A stretch of 64,000 nt of DNA from Malacoraja senta (taxonomy: Eukaryota), in NCBI GenBank assembly GCA_038087875.1, contig CM075989.1, positions 992,001-1,056,000 of the forward strand. The letters run 5' to 3'. Positions 24,978-38,164 of the stretch are shown piece by piece. Numbering within the stretch: the stretch's first letter is position 1; each line of letters begins with the position of its first letter. Below the pieces are notes generated by a model, which ran no database searches, had not been told where the DNA came from, and saw only the letters and a program-made list of their open reading frames with translations. Position numbers and translations under genes: made by a program.

Positions 24978-25928
24978 CCAGTGAGGCTGCTGTCACACAG
25001 TGACCCAGCCGGTGAGACTGCTGTCACACAGTGACCCAGCCGGTGAGACTGCTGTCACACAGTGACCCAGCCGGTGAGACTGCTGTCACACAGTGACCCA
25101 GCCGGTGAGACTGCTGTCACACTGTGACCCAGCCGGTGAGACTGCTGTCACACTGTGACCCAGCCGGTGAGACTGCTGTTACAAAGTGACCCAGCCGGTG
25201 AGGCTGCTGTCACACAGTGACCCAGCCGGTGAGACTGCTGTCACACAGTGACCAGCCGGTGAGTGCTGTCACACTGTGACCCAGCCGGTGAGTGCTGTTA
25301 CAGTGACCCAGCCGGTGAGACTGCTGTCACACAGTGACCCAGCCGGTGAGACTGCTGTCACACAGTGACCCAGCCGGTGAGAATGCTGTCACACAGTGAC
25401 CCATCCGGTGAGACTGCTGTCACACTGTGACCCAGCCGGTGAGACTGCTGTTACAAAGTGACCCAGCCGGTGAGACTGCTGTCACACAGTGACCCAGCCG
25501 GTGAGACTGCTGTCACACAGTGACCCAGCTGGTGAGACTGCTGTCACACAGTGACCCAGCCGGTGAGACTGCTGTCACACAGTGACCCAGCCGGTGAGAC
25601 TGCTGTCACACAGTGACCCAGCCGGTGAGACTGCTGTCACACAGTGACCCAGCCGGTGAGACTGCTGTCACACAGTGACCCAGCCGGTGAGACTGCTGTC
25701 ACACAGTGACCCATCCGGTGAGACTGCTGTCACACTGTGACCCAGCCGGTGAGACACAGTGACCCAGCCGGTGAGACTGCTGTTACAAAGTGACCCAGCC
25801 GGTGAGACTGCTGTCACACAGTGACCCAGCCGGTGAGACTGCTGTCACACAGTGACCCAGCCGGTGAGACTGCTGTCACACAGTGACCCAGCCGGTGCGA
25901 CTGCTGTCACAAAGTGACCCAGCCGGTG
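24978..25928. repeat. 31-bp minisatellite, about 30 copies
   Basis: Unit GACCCAGCCGGTGAGACTGCTGTCACACAGT repeated head-to-tail with few variants and no spacers. Confidence 0.95.
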
Positions 25929-26338
25929 GGACAATGTTCATGCCTTCACAGTGATGTGATGGACGCAGGGGTCTGGACCAATCGCTGACAAGTCCCACCC
26001 CCCGGCAATGTCATGTCCGTTATTGGACGTTTCTGTTGAGCGGCAGTCGGTCCTTTGGCCTGTACGCGATGCTGCCTTTCGGGTAGGCGGCGTTTCGACA
26101 GAGCAGCCATTCGGTAAGTTTGCTTTTGCGCGACGCAGCTTTTCGGTTCGTTGGCTTTTAGGCGTCCCGCCCTTTCGGTTAGTTTGCATTTAGGCGTCCC
26201 ATCCTTTCGGTTACTAGGCGTTTCGTCTTCGGACTCTTTCGGTTTATTGCCGTTTTGGCCTCGTTTACATTCGGTTCTTTGGCTTTGACTTTTTTGCTTC
26301 TGCTTCTTGTCTGTCGGCGCCACGCCCAGGTACCGGAT

Positions 26339-28060
26339 TTATCAGCTTTCAGTCCCATCAGTCTACCCAACACCATTACCTGCCATTTCATCCAGTTCCT
26401 CCGTCACCCTAGATCCTCTGTCCCCTAGTACTTCTGGGAGATTGTTTGTGTCTTTCTTCGTGAAGCCAGAACCAAAGTACCTGTTCAGCTCAATAGACAA
26501 TAGACAATAGACAATAGGTGCACGTGTAGGCCATTCTGCTCTTCTAGCCAGCACCGCCATTCAATGTGATCATGGCTGATCATCCACAATCAGTACCCCG
26601 TTCCTGCCTTCTCCCCATATCCCCTGACTCCTCTATCTTTAAGAGCTTTATCTACCTCTCTCTTGAAAGCATCCTGAGAATTGGCCTCCACTGCCTTCTG
26701 ATTTCACAGAATTCCACAGATTCACAACCCTCTGTGTGAAAACGTTTTTCCTTATCTCCGTTCTAAATGGCTTACACCTTATTCTTCAACTGTGGCCCCA
26801 GGTTCTGAACACCCCTAACATAGGGAGATGTTTCCTACCTCTAGCATACCTCAGGAAGATTGTTTGTGTCTTCCTTAGAGAAGACAGATCCAAAGTACCT
26901 GTTCAACTCGTCTGCCATTTTCTTGTTCCCTATAATAAATTCCCCTGATTCAGACTTCAAGAGTCCAAATTTGGTCTTAACTAATATTTTCCACTTCACA
27001 TACCTAAAAAAGCTTTTACTGTCCTCCTTTATATTCTTGACTAGCTTACCTTCGTACCTTATCTTTTCTCCCCCTATTGCCTTTTTAGTTATCTTCTGTT
27101 GCTGTTTAATAGTTTCCCAATCCTCTGGCTTCCTGCTCATCTTTGCTACGTTATACTTCTTCTCTTTTATTTTTATACTGTCCCTGACTTTCCATCTCAG
27201 CCACTGTCACCCCTTGGATTCTTTCTTCCTCTTTGGAATGAACTGATCCTGCATCTTCTGTATTATTCTCAGAAATACCTGCCATTGTTTTTCGACTGTC
27301 CTCCCTGCTAGGGTCCCTTTCCAGTCAACTTTGGCCAGCTCCTCCCTCATGGCTCCATAGTCCCCTTTGTTCAATTGTAATACTGACACTTCCGATTTTC
27401 CATTCTCCCTCTCAAATTGTAGATTAAAACATCATATTATGGTCACTACCTCCTAATGGCTCCTTTACCTCAAGTTCCCTTATCAAATCCGGTTCATTAC
27501 ACAAAACTAAATCCAGAATTACCTACTCCCTGCTGGGCTCCAGTACAAGCTGCACTAAGAATCCATCACGGAGGCACTCCACAAACTCCTTTTCTTGGGG
27601 TCCAGTACCAATCTGATTTTCCCAGTCTACCCGCATGTTGAAATCTCCCATAACTACCGTAGCATTACCTTTGCGACATTAACTCTTGATTCAACTTGCA
27701 CCCTATATCCAGGCTACTGTCGATAACTCCCATGAGGGTATTTTTACCCTTACAATTCCTCAGTTCTATCCATACAGACGCTACATCTCCTGATTCTATG
27801 TCACGCCTCGCAAGGGACTGAATTTCATTCCTCACCAACAGAGCTACCCCACCCCCCTCTGCCCACCTGTCTGTCTTTTCGATAGGACGTGTACCCTTGA
27901 ATATTCAGTTCCCAGCCCTGGTCCTCTTGCTGTCATGTCTCTGTAATTCCCACAACATCATACTTGCCAATTTATAACTGAGCCTCAAACTCATCCAGTT
28001 TATTTCTTATACTTCGCACATTCATATACGATACTTTAACTTCGGTATTCACCTCCCCTC
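26339..28060 (-). mobile_element. CR1 LINE fragments (EN/tether region plus a 3' end with a (TCTATTG)n tail)
   Basis: ELNRYFGSVFSKED and IKEDSKSFFRY. The tail shows as CAATAGA repeats at 26491-26516. Confidence 0.85.
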
Positions 28061-28311
28061 TCACACCGGCCACTGTTGGCCCTCACCTTAATCTCTTATC
28101 CCTTCTCGAACTTTCCTTCCCATTAATTTACTTTATTGTCATCTGCAAACTTACTTTTCATACCTTGTACATTCTCACCCAAATTGCTGTTATAAACCAC
28201 AAACACCTTTGGACCCAGCACCGATCACTGAGGGACACCACTTGTCAGCCTCACCAGACCTATAAAGGTTTCTATTAATTATTTCCCCACATGTTAAACC
28301 TATGCTCAGTG

Positions 28312-28915
28312 CAGTAATCCTTCATTATAATAGATCATTGGGGGGGAATGGTATCTGTTATTGCCAATTGAATGCTATAACTATGTAAGGTATTATTGTA
28401 AAAGTTGTAGAAACAAACAGCTGCAGTTGCTGGCGAATACACAAAAGAGAACAAACTCAGCAGGTCAGGTTGCATCTCTGGAGAACATTAAGAGATCATG
28501 TTTTGTGCCAAGACCATTTTTCAGACTCTTGGTCCAGAACTGGGCCTGGAATGCAGGTGGGTGTATGGTCCCGGCTTGCTGGCAGCCGGGGGAGAGGCGA
28601 GGATCAACGGAATCAATGGTCGCAGCCTGCAGGTGGCCGGGGTGCAGGTAAGGGTTGGCGGTGGGGTGGTGATCGCAGGAACGGGTATCATGGGTAGCTG
28701 GGGGTGGCGTGGAAAGCTGGGTGTGCGGTGGGGGCAACTAAAGCTGTAAGCGGCAGGGTAGTGGTGTGGGCAGCCGCTGGTGGCATAGGGCAGACGGGGC
28801 TGTAACCTGCAGGATATATGGTGTGGGTAGGGGGTGGCATGGGCAGTCTTTGGTAGGTCCTTGCGCTACATCCAAAACCCATTATAATGAGGTCTGTTAA
28901 AGCAAGGGTTTACTG
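28312..28915. mobile_element. Possible Tc1/pogo (Tigger-like) MITE
   Basis: CAGTAATCC...ATTATAAT at the left and ATTATAAT...GGGTTTACTG|TA at the right form degenerate TIRs with TA on the right side. Confidence 0.45.
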
Positions 28916-28924
28916 TAGTTCCTG

Positions 28925-29680
28925 ATTCTACTGCCTTAGGGAAAAGACTCCCTGCATTTACCCTATCTATTCCCCTCATCATTGTAGACACCTCTAGACG
29001 ATCACCCCTCATCCTCCTGCACTACTTGGAATAATGAACTGGCCTGCACTTCCTCTCTTTGTAGCTCAGGCCCGTGAGTCCATGCAACATCCTCCCACAT
29101 TTTCTCTGCACTCTTTGCACTCTTTCCAACTTAATGACATCTTTCATATAGCAGTGAACATCCTGCTACAATTGCAACCACACGAGCATTATTTACATCT
29201 GTAACATAATGTCCCAATTTCTAATCTCAGTTCCCTGATTGATGAAGTCTGAAAGCCTTCTACATCACCCTAGATACCTGCTTGACCAATTTCAGGAAAC
29301 TACGTACTTGTTCTCCTTAATCCCTTTGCTCTACAACACTCTCACGACTAGTGCTCACAACATGTTTTGACTTACCAACTTGCAACACTTATCTGATTTA
29401 AAATCCATTAGCCATTCCTCAGCCCATTTACCCAGCTGATCAAAATTCCAATGTAATTCTTGATAAGCATCTTCACAGCCTTTGTTACAAACATATTTTA
29501 GTGTCACCTGAAAACATATTATTCATTCCAATATATTCTTATCCAAGTTGATGAGAAAGATGAGAAACTGCAATGATGCCTGTGGTACAACACCAGTCAT
29601 AGGCCTCTAGTCTGAAAAAAATAATCTTCCAACACCACACTCTGCTTCCCACCATGAATCCAACTCTATATCCAGTTAGT
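28925..29680 (-). mobile_element. Degenerate CR1 ORF2 fragment
   Basis: Reverse complement resembles the CR1 RT C-terminal region seen elsewhere in the window. Confidence 0.6.
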
Positions 29681-29692
29681 TACATTACTTAA

Positions 29693-31399
29693 AGGTCTGT
29701 CTCACTGTGCGAGTTGACCCACGAGTGACCCCGAGTGAAAGACTCGTGGTTGCATACGATACTACAAGTTTATGATCCAGAGTTTAACCGAGTTCCCACG
29801 GGTATGTCTAAGTTTCCCGTTTACTTCTCATTTCTGCGATGTTCCAAGTTCCTCTCCCGTTAATCTTGAGGCAACAATGTATATCGAAGTGTTTAAAAAT
29901 CATCACATGTTAAAAAAACTGAGTGGTGATGGGTGGTGTAAAAGATTGTGATTATGGTCATGTTAAGAATTAAAAATCATAAAATCAATGTGTGAAATGT
30001 GATTCTTATTTTTCAAAGTCTCTCATAGGAAACAATGAGCGTATAGAGCCCAGGGAGAGGGGGAGAAAGGGACGTACACTCACAGAGGCAGAGTCTCTCA
30101 GCCTGTGTGAGAGGGAGGGAGGTGGAGAGAGAGACACACACACAAGGTGGATGTGAAATCTCACCTACCTGTTTCAGTGACAGGCACCCGCAGCCAGTGA
30201 ATGAAGCCACCCCCATCTGTCTCCCCTCCTCTCCCTCCACTCTCCACCCCCTCTCCTCTACCCCACCCCCCTCACCCCCCTCCCCCAATTTGGGAATGTC
30301 ATCCCATCACCCATTCCTTCTCTCCAGAGATGCTGCCTGCCCTCTGAGTTAAAGAGTTCCACCTTGCAGCAGCAAAACAGGCCAGTAAACACAATACTCA
30401 TAGATAATATACTAAACAAAGAAAATATATATTAAAAAATCCAGTATTATGGCAAAAATCTCAAAGTCCTTAGTGCAACCAAGGCAGTTTGTAGTTCATA
30501 GTTTAGTTAGCATTTGTTGCGTTCAAAAGCCCGATGGTTGTTGGGAAGAAGCTGTTCTTGAACCTGGAGGTCATGGTTTTCAGATTCTTATACCTTCTGC
30601 TCAGCAGGAATGAAATGAGAGCATGGCCAGGGTAGTGTGGGTCCATGAAAATGCTGGCTGCCTTTTTGAGGCAGCACCTCCTATAGAACCTTTTGATTCA
30701 GTAAAGTTCAGTAAAGAGATCGGGAATCTGGCATCATGGCTTGAGAATAAAACCCAGCCTTTAACATCCGCATAATGAAAGAGTTGGTGTTGTCCTACGG
30801 AACAGGGGTGCAGGAGAGGTGAACACAACCCTGTCTTCTTCAACAGCACTGGTAGAGATGGCTTCTGGACGTGACTGGCAAACCTCAGATTAGGCTGCCA
30901 TGAAGTGTCATAAAATGTTCTCACGCTGTTCCTCAATACTGGTTTGTCTTAAGGTTGTGAGCTCAGTCCCAAATACACAAAATCTATATATAAACTTAAA
31001 GCAATTTTTTCTTTTCAACCCACTCTGTCACCTTATCAATAACTTACTTAACTTTGTTAAGCAGAATTTGTCTTTAAAAAGTCTAAGTAACTGATATTTC
31101 TGTCCCTGATTATTGTTTCTAAAAAGAGTTCCCACGGTAGACTCACGAGTCACAAAGTTAAACGCAGGGGCCACTACGTTCTTACAACGAGTTTAAAATG
31201 TTTCAAATTTTAACCTCAAGAGTACATTTTACTCGTGGAAAAGTTCAAACATGTTTGAACTTTTGCAAGAGTTAACAAGTTTCACGTGTACCTCCCGTTA
31301 GCGCCAAGAGTCGCTAAGTTGCGTCCACGAGTTCCGACGTGCCCACTACGTTAATTGTACGTGATTTCCACGAGTCAACTCGCACAGTGAGACAGACCT
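29693..31399. mobile_element. Non-autonomous DNA transposon with perfect 26-bp TIRs (Kolobok/T2-like)
   Basis: AGGTCTGTCTCACTGTGCGAGTTGAC (29693-29718) and GTCAACTCGCACAGTGAGACAGACCT (31374-31399). Left flank TTAA, right flank TGTAA. Confidence 0.8.
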
Positions 31400-32391
31400 T
31401 GTAATCATTTATCCTGGTTCCAATCTATCAACATGATCAATTACCCCAAAATGATCAAACGTAGACAAAAGTGCTGGAGAAACTCAGCGGGTGCGGCAGC
31501 ATCTATGGAGCGAAGGAAATAGGCAACGTTTCTGGCCGAAACCCTTCTGATCAATCTAGGTCTCTGTGGAATCCAGAATATACAACTCTCATAAGAATGT
31601 CAGAGACTGAGGCAGAGTTTGGCTTCTTTCAGCTACATCATTCACTGAATTCACGGACAATCTTTTATCTCACAGCAGCATTCTTGCACTGATCCGTCCC
31701 TAGCATCCACAAAACTTTGTCCTGGATAAAATCCACAACCACATATCTGCAGCCTCAAACAAGATCACTACAGTTTTATTGAAAACAGCATCTTCTTTGT
31801 CCTGAGTGGCTAATAACTTATTTGATAACTGTGGTCTCTGTTTTTAGGCAACTCCGCCGCGCATCTTCCCCCACCAGCAAGCTCCATCAGAGATTTGTTT
31901 TCTTCATGGCATCACCCGTCTGAACACCAGTGAGTACAGGCCGAGTCAGTTAAACAACGCCTCCTGTGGAAATCTGGACATTTCTGGGCCCATTCTGTGT
32001 CTGTTCACTGTCTCACTGATCTACACACAATATACAGGCGTGGTCCACTCAGTACAGTATATTCAGAGCCAATTCTCCCTCTGTTCCTACTCACCAAGCT
32101 GTTAAAGCCAATGTACTGTATGACTGCTCTTCTGATGGCTAAACCTTGCAGGTATGTTTGTGCAGATACCCAGGTTCTTCCAACACCAATCCATTTCAAT
32201 GCATCAGTTGTTTTTCACCTTAATATTTTTTTCTTTAGATTCCTCTCACTTTCTTTGAACCAGAGGTGCAGCCATGAGCATGCCCCTTAGTCTGCAGCTA
32301 TACCTGTCCATTTGTTACCACGTTGAACACGGTTTGTTACAAATGTTCCCCAGCACCCCAAACCTTTCTCTGCTACACTGATGCTGCAATT

Positions 32392-32692
32392 GGGCAGCAC
32401 AGTGGCACAGCATTAGAGATGCTGTCTTGCAGAGCCAGAGCCATGAACTGATCCTGACCTCAGATGCTGTCTGTGCAGAGTTTGCACGTTCTCCTTGTGA
32501 CTGAGTGGGTGTTCTCTGAATGCTCCGGTTTTCACCCACATCACAAAAACATGCGGATTTGTCGGCTAATTGGCTTTGTAAAAATTGTCCCCAAGGTAGA
32601 ACTCATGTAAGGGTGATCGCTGGTCAGCGTGGACGTCACTCGGTGGGCTGAAGGATCTGCTTTCATGCTGTATCTCTAAATGGAACTAAACT
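32392..32692 (+). mobile_element. V-SINE/HE1-like SINE
   Basis: tRNA-like head, central GAGTTTGCACGTTCTCC...GCTCCGGTTT..CCCACA V-domain-like core, CR1-like tail ending in CTAAA repeats. Confidence 0.72.
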
Positions 32693-32884
32693 AAGCTGCA
32701 GCCTGCAACAATGCAGAACTTGACAATGTCATCAACTTTAACATTAATCCACCATGCCCTCTTAGACTATCTGTGACAGGTCTCTCCACATTATTGATCT
32801 CGCCATCTCCCTCTCAGTCTATCTCTACACATCTACTACAAACCCACAGCTACTCTGATTGTATCTCCTCAATCCCTGTCTTAG

Positions 32885-33610
32885 AGTCATAGAGTGATAC
32901 AGTGTGGAAACAGTCCCAGCCTCTCTGTAGCTCAAAACTACTTGTCGTGGCAGCATCCTCATAAATATTCTCTGTACCCTTTCCAGCTTGATAACATCTG
33001 TCTGATGCCCAGAACTGAACACAATACTCAAAATGTGGCCTCACCAACGTCTTATACAACTGCAAAATGACCTCCCAACTTCTATACTCAATACTCTGAC
33101 TGATGAAGGCCAATGTAACAAAAGCGTTTTTGACCACCTTATCTACCTGCGACTCGAACTTCAAGGAACCATGCACCTGCACTCCTAGATCCCTCTACAA
33201 CACTCCCCAGAACCCTTCCATTCACTGTGTAGGTCCTGCCCATGTTAGATTTCCCTAAATGCAACACCTCACATTTCTCTGTATTAAATTCCATCAAACA
33301 TTCGTCCGCCCACCTGACCAATTGATCCAGTTCCTGCTGCAATTTTTTATGACCATCTTCACTATCTGCAAAACAACCCACTTTTGTATCATCTGCAAAC
33401 TTGCTAGTCTTGCCATGTATGTTCTCATCCAAATCATTGATTGAGGTGACAAACAGTAATGGGCCCAGCTCCAAACCCTGAGGCACACCACTAGTCCCAG
33501 GCCTCCAGTCCAAGAAGCAACCTTCCACCATCACCCTCTGCTTCCTTCCGTTGCCAATTTTCTATCCATTCAGCTATCTCACCTTGGATCTCGTGCAATC
33601 TAACCTTCCT
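32885..33610 (-). mobile_element. CR1 ORF2 fragment
   Basis: [33 protein letters not shown]. Confidence 0.85.
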
Positions 33611-33624
33611 TGTATTTTGGATTT

Positions 33625-35110
33625 GGTGCTCTCTAAGTAGCCTCCTCTACATTGATGAGGCCAATCGTAGGCCAGGCCGTTGCTTCATCGAACATCATGA
33701 GCTGTCCACCTGGGCCAGCAACAAGCTCTCCTGCTCCATTCTCCTTCCCATTCCCATGCATGCTCTCTGTCTTTGACTAACTTTAACTTCCACCCTGTCC
33801 ACAAATTCACTTAGATGGACACCAAAGGCACAAAAATAAAACAAAGGGGATGGAGATAAAGGAAAATATAGAATAGATCATTGTTAATGACGAAAAGGCA
33901 GCAACGAAGCAAAAAGAGATAAAATGTAAACAAGGACAGTCAGACTAGTCAGAGAACAGGAAAGAGGGAGGGATGGAGAGAGAGGGCAAGCAAGGGTTAC
34001 TTGAAGTTGAAGCAGTCAATAGTCATACTGCTATGTGTAAGCTGCCCAAGCAAAATATGAGGTGTTGTTCCTCCAATTTGCGATGGGCCACACTCTGACA
34101 ATGGAGGAGGCCCAGGACAGAAAGGTCAATATGGGGATGGGAAGGGAGTTAAAGTGTTTACCAACCAGGAAATTAGGTAGGTATAGGCAGACTGAGCGGA
34201 GGTGTTCAGCAAAACGATCGCTGAGCCTGCACTTGGTCTCGCTGATAGATAGTCCACAGCTGGAACAGAGGATAAAGTAGATGAGGTCAGGTCTCTGACG
34301 GTATCTCTGACAGGTCTCTCTCCACATTATTGATCTCTCCATCACTATCTCAGTAGAAAGTCTATCCCTGGACATCTGCTACAAACCCAATGACTCCCAC
34401 AGCTACCTTGATTGTATCTCCTCATTCCCTATCTGTTGCAATATTCCATCCTTGTTGTACAGTTTCTCCATCTCTGCCACATCCTCTAAAGCTGAGACAT
34501 TTCCACACTGAAGTGTCCTTTACCTCACATTGTAAATGGAGCCCTCAATCATGTCCCCTCCATTTCCCACATTTCTGCTCTTGGTCCCATGTCCCAGACA
34601 GAACAGGGATAGAGATCCCCTGGTCGTCCCCTCTCATGCCACGAGACCTCACAACGTTCATCAATTTCAATTTGATTCCACCGCCAGTTGCATCTTCCCG
34701 TCTCCATCTCTTTCTTCTTTCTACAGAGTCACTGGGTCACTCACCCAGCCACCCCCAACACAGGCATTCCCTCAGCAACTGTAGCACGTGCAAAACCTGT
34801 CCCTACCTCATCACCTCTATTAGGTGAGAAAGAAGTTTACATGCATCTTCTCCAAACCTTGTTTACTGGATTTTGTACTCTCAATGTGGCCTCCTCTACA
34901 CTGATGGGAGCAATCGTAGGCCAGGTGAGTCCTTCATCGAACATCGTGACCTGTCCACTGGTCCGGCTGCAGCTTCCACTTGCTCACCTGGTCCATTCTC
35001 CTTCCCATTCCCATACGAGCTTCCTGTCCTCGCCATTCTACACTGCCATAGTGAAGCCGCATGCAAACTGGAAGAGCAGCATTTCATCTTCCACTTAGTT
35101 AGTCCCCAAC
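33625..35110. mobile_element. Degenerate Penelope-like fragments in both orientations
   Basis: Minus-strand ISETKCRLSDRFAEHLRSV (34031-34375) and plus-strand ACKLEEQHFIFHL (about 35060-35100). Confidence 0.7.
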
Positions 35111-35264
35111 CGATTATATTATCTTATCTGTTTGGATACCAGGCAAAACAAAGCTTTTCACTATACCTCGGCATATGTGACACTGATAATGTCATTGTTC
35201 ATTAAATCTATCCCTGACCACACTTAGAATATTGCAGCTTATCCAGCCTACCGTGGACACACTA

Positions 35265-36190
35265 ATAACATCCAAGTCTCCAAGTTTGCGGATGACACGA
35301 AGCTGGGGGGCAGTGTTAGCTGTGAGGAAGAAGCTAGGAGGCTGCAAGATGACATTGATAGGCTGGGTGAGTGGGCAAATGCATGGCAGATGCAGTATAA
35401 TGTGGATAAATGTGAGGTTATCCACTTTGGTGGCAAAACAGGAAAGTAGACTATTATCTGAATGGTGGCCGATTAGGAAAAGGGGAGATGCAACGAGACC
35501 TGGGTGTCATGGTACACCAGTCATTGAAAGTAGGCATGCAGGTGCAGCAGGCAGTGAAGAAAGCGAATGGTATGTTAGCATTCATAGCAAAAGGATTTGA
35601 GTATAGGGGCAGGGAGGTTCTACTGCAGTTGTACAGGGTCTTGGTGAGACCACTCATGGAGTATTGCGTACAGTTTTGGTCTCCTAATCTGAGGAGTACA
35701 GAGAAGGTTCACCAGACCGATTCCTGGGATGTCAGGACTTTCATATGAAGAAAGACTGGGTAGACTTGGCTTGTATTCACTAGAATTTAGAAGATTGAGG
35801 GGGGATCTTATAGAAACTTACAAAATTCTTAAGGGGTTGGACAGGCTAGATGCAGGAAGATTGTTCACAATGTTGGGGAAGTCCAGAACAAGGGGTCACA
35901 GTTTAAGGATAGGGGGGAAATCTTTTAGGACCGAGATGAGAAAAACATTTTTCACACAGAGAGTGGTGAATCTGTGGAATTCTCAGCCACAGAAGGTAGT
36001 TGAGGCCAGTTCATTGGCTATATTTAAGAGGGAATTAGATGTGGCCCTTGTGGCTAAAGGTATCAGGGGGTATGGAGAGAAGGCAGGTACAGGATACTGA
36101 GTTGGATGATCAGCCATGATCATATTGAATGGCGGTGCAGGCTCGAAGGGCCGAATGGCCTACTCCTGCACCTATTTTCTATGTTTCTGT
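35265..36190 (+). mobile_element. 5'-truncated CR1 LINE
   Basis: Very similar to 48300-49250 and ends TTTTCTATGTTTCT. Confidence 0.9.
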
Positions 36191-36191
36191 T

Positions 36192-36977
36192 TCAATCCAG
36201 TGAATTGGCCTCCACTGCCTTCTGTGGCAGAGAATTCCAATGATTCACAACTCTCTGGATGAAGCAGTGTTTCCTCATCTCAGTCCTAAATGGCCTACCG
36301 CTTATTCTTAAACTGTGACCCTTGGTTCTGGACTCCCCCAACATTGGGAACATTTTTCCTGCATCTGACTTGTGCAATCCTTCAAGAATTGTATATGTTT
36401 CTATAAGATGCCCTGTCATCCTTCTAAATTCCAGTGAATACAAGCTTAGCTGACCCATTCTTTCATCATATGTGCAACTGCAAGAGGACCTCCTTGCTCC
36501 TAAACTCAAATCCTCTCACAATGTAATCCAACATGCCATTAGCTTTCTTCACTGCTTGCTGTACCTGCATGATTTCTTTCAGTGACTGATGTACAAGCAC
36601 ACCCTGGTCTCGTTGCACCTCCCCTTTTCCTAATCTGACACCATTCAGATAATAATCTGCCTTCCTATTCTTGCCACCGAAGTGGATAACTTCACATTTA
36701 TCCACATTATACTGCATCTGCAATGCATCTGCCCACTCACCCAACCTATCCAAGTCACCCTGTAGCCTCTTAGCATCCTCACCTCAGCTCACGCTGCCAC
36801 CCAGCTTTGTGTCATCCGCAAACTTGGAGATGTCACATTTAATTCCCTCGTTTAAATCGTTAATATATATTGTAAATAACTGGGGTCCTAGCACCGTGTC
36901 TTGCGGCACCCCACTAGTCACTGCCTGCCATTCTGAAAAGGACCCGTTAATTCCTCCTCTTTGCTTTCTGTCTGCCA
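36192..36977 (-). mobile_element. CR1 ORF2 fragment (resumes at about 42020-42080)
   Basis: [21 protein letters not shown]. The host sequence GTCTGCCA|ACCAGTTCTCTATCC is split by the LINE below. Confidence 0.85.
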
Positions 36978-37251
36978 TTTAATTTCAGAGGTTTCATCGT
37001 GTGCTGGAATCAGCGATCATTTTATTATCCAATCAAAACTGCACACAAAGATTAAAGTTCCTTCAAAACCACCGCGTAAAATTTCCCTCTGGAGAAAAGT
37101 GAACAGAGAGGAATTTAAAGGCAGCAAAAAAACTGGTGAAAAATTTCTTCAATCTGCCACCAGATAAAAGATCCGTAAATGACAACTGAGTGTGGCTGAG
37201 AGACTCTTTAAATGACATTGTTACAAATCATGTTCCTCAAAAACTCTTTAA

Positions 37252-38164
37252 AGGCTCTGTCTCACGGTGTTGCCGTCATTGGCGGTGAAGCGCGGCGTCG
37301 CCGGAAGAGGGGACCGCACGTCAACCGCGAGAGCGCCGAGCCTATGCCGCGGGAGCGCCGCACGGATGCTGCGCGTATGCCGGGTGACCACTGCACGGCT
37401 TGTCCAACGAGCATGCGATCGCGGACTTACCGGAAGCGGGGGGTGCGCGGACGTCCATTTTGCGAGGAGTATATAAGCTCGAGCCTGACGCCATTTTGAG
37501 CGGAGTCGTGAAGCTCGAGCCTGACGCCATTTTTTTTGCAGGTAATCAAAGTCGCTGGCTATCAAAAAGATATATAATTTTGAAAATCATGCTGGGAAAG
37601 GTCTTTATTATTGAGAGTCTGAAACATTCTAAGCACTATTATAATTGATTTATAGCCTGATTTTCTATACCAAGAGGTTTCTTAGAAACACAACTGTCCC
37701 ATTATAGTATAACTACCTGCACTGATTTAGACTACAGGTGGTTCTGCTATAATATGATAGTTTTGTTCCTAAAACACCTTGTGTTATAGAAATTTGCTTT
37801 ATAAAAGACAAGCGGGGCTGTGGCGGCGGTAGTGCTGATCGCGACGCTGTGGTGGTGCCCGTGCCGCACACGTGCCTCACTGGCGGAGGCTGTGGCGGTG
37901 AGAGTTCGACTCACGGCGCTCGTGCCGCACTGGCGGCGGCTGTGGCGGTGACCGTGCCGCACTCGTGCCTCACTGGCGGCGGCTGTGCGGTAGGAAAATA
38001 TTTTTAAACAATGTTGACTTTTTGTGAGCACCGTGCGGTGTTGGGACCAACGCCGCACGGCCCCGGCAGTGTGCGTTTGACCGAACCCGCGGTCTCTGGC
38101 GATCCACGAGCGGTAGATACTTCCTGTATCACCGCCAATGACCGCAGACTCGTGAGACAGGCCT
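37252..38164. mobile_element. TTAA-flanked non-autonomous DNA transposon (Kolobok/T2-like)
   Basis: TTAA|AGGCTCTGTCTCACG...CGTGAGACAGGCCT|TTAA with ~36-bp imperfect TIRs. The termini are related to those of the 29693-31399 element. Confidence 0.82.

Larger units (their letters stand above)
23693..26338. mobile_element. Foldback-like non-autonomous DNA element with ~390-bp inverted arms, inserted in CR1
   Basis: 23693-24079 and 25927-26338 are imperfect reverse complements (ATCCG...CGGAT ends, TTA on both sides). The host CR1 sequence is continuous across the element. Confidence 0.8.

Noticed and set aside
24978..25928. CRISPR-like array
   Set aside because: Units are contiguous with no unique spacers, there are no cas genes, and the context is eukaryotic. 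It is a minisatellite.
30601..30990. Possible host exon (111-aa minus-strand ORF)
   Set aside because: It lies inside a TIR element next to LINE debris, with no recognisable domain or consistent splice sites.
31997..32290. Possible exon ending in CAG|GTATGT
   Set aside because: No recognisable protein similarity, acceptor or partner exon.
35265..36977. Single large inverted-repeat element
   Set aside because: Two independent CR1 copies of different divergence lying tail to tail.
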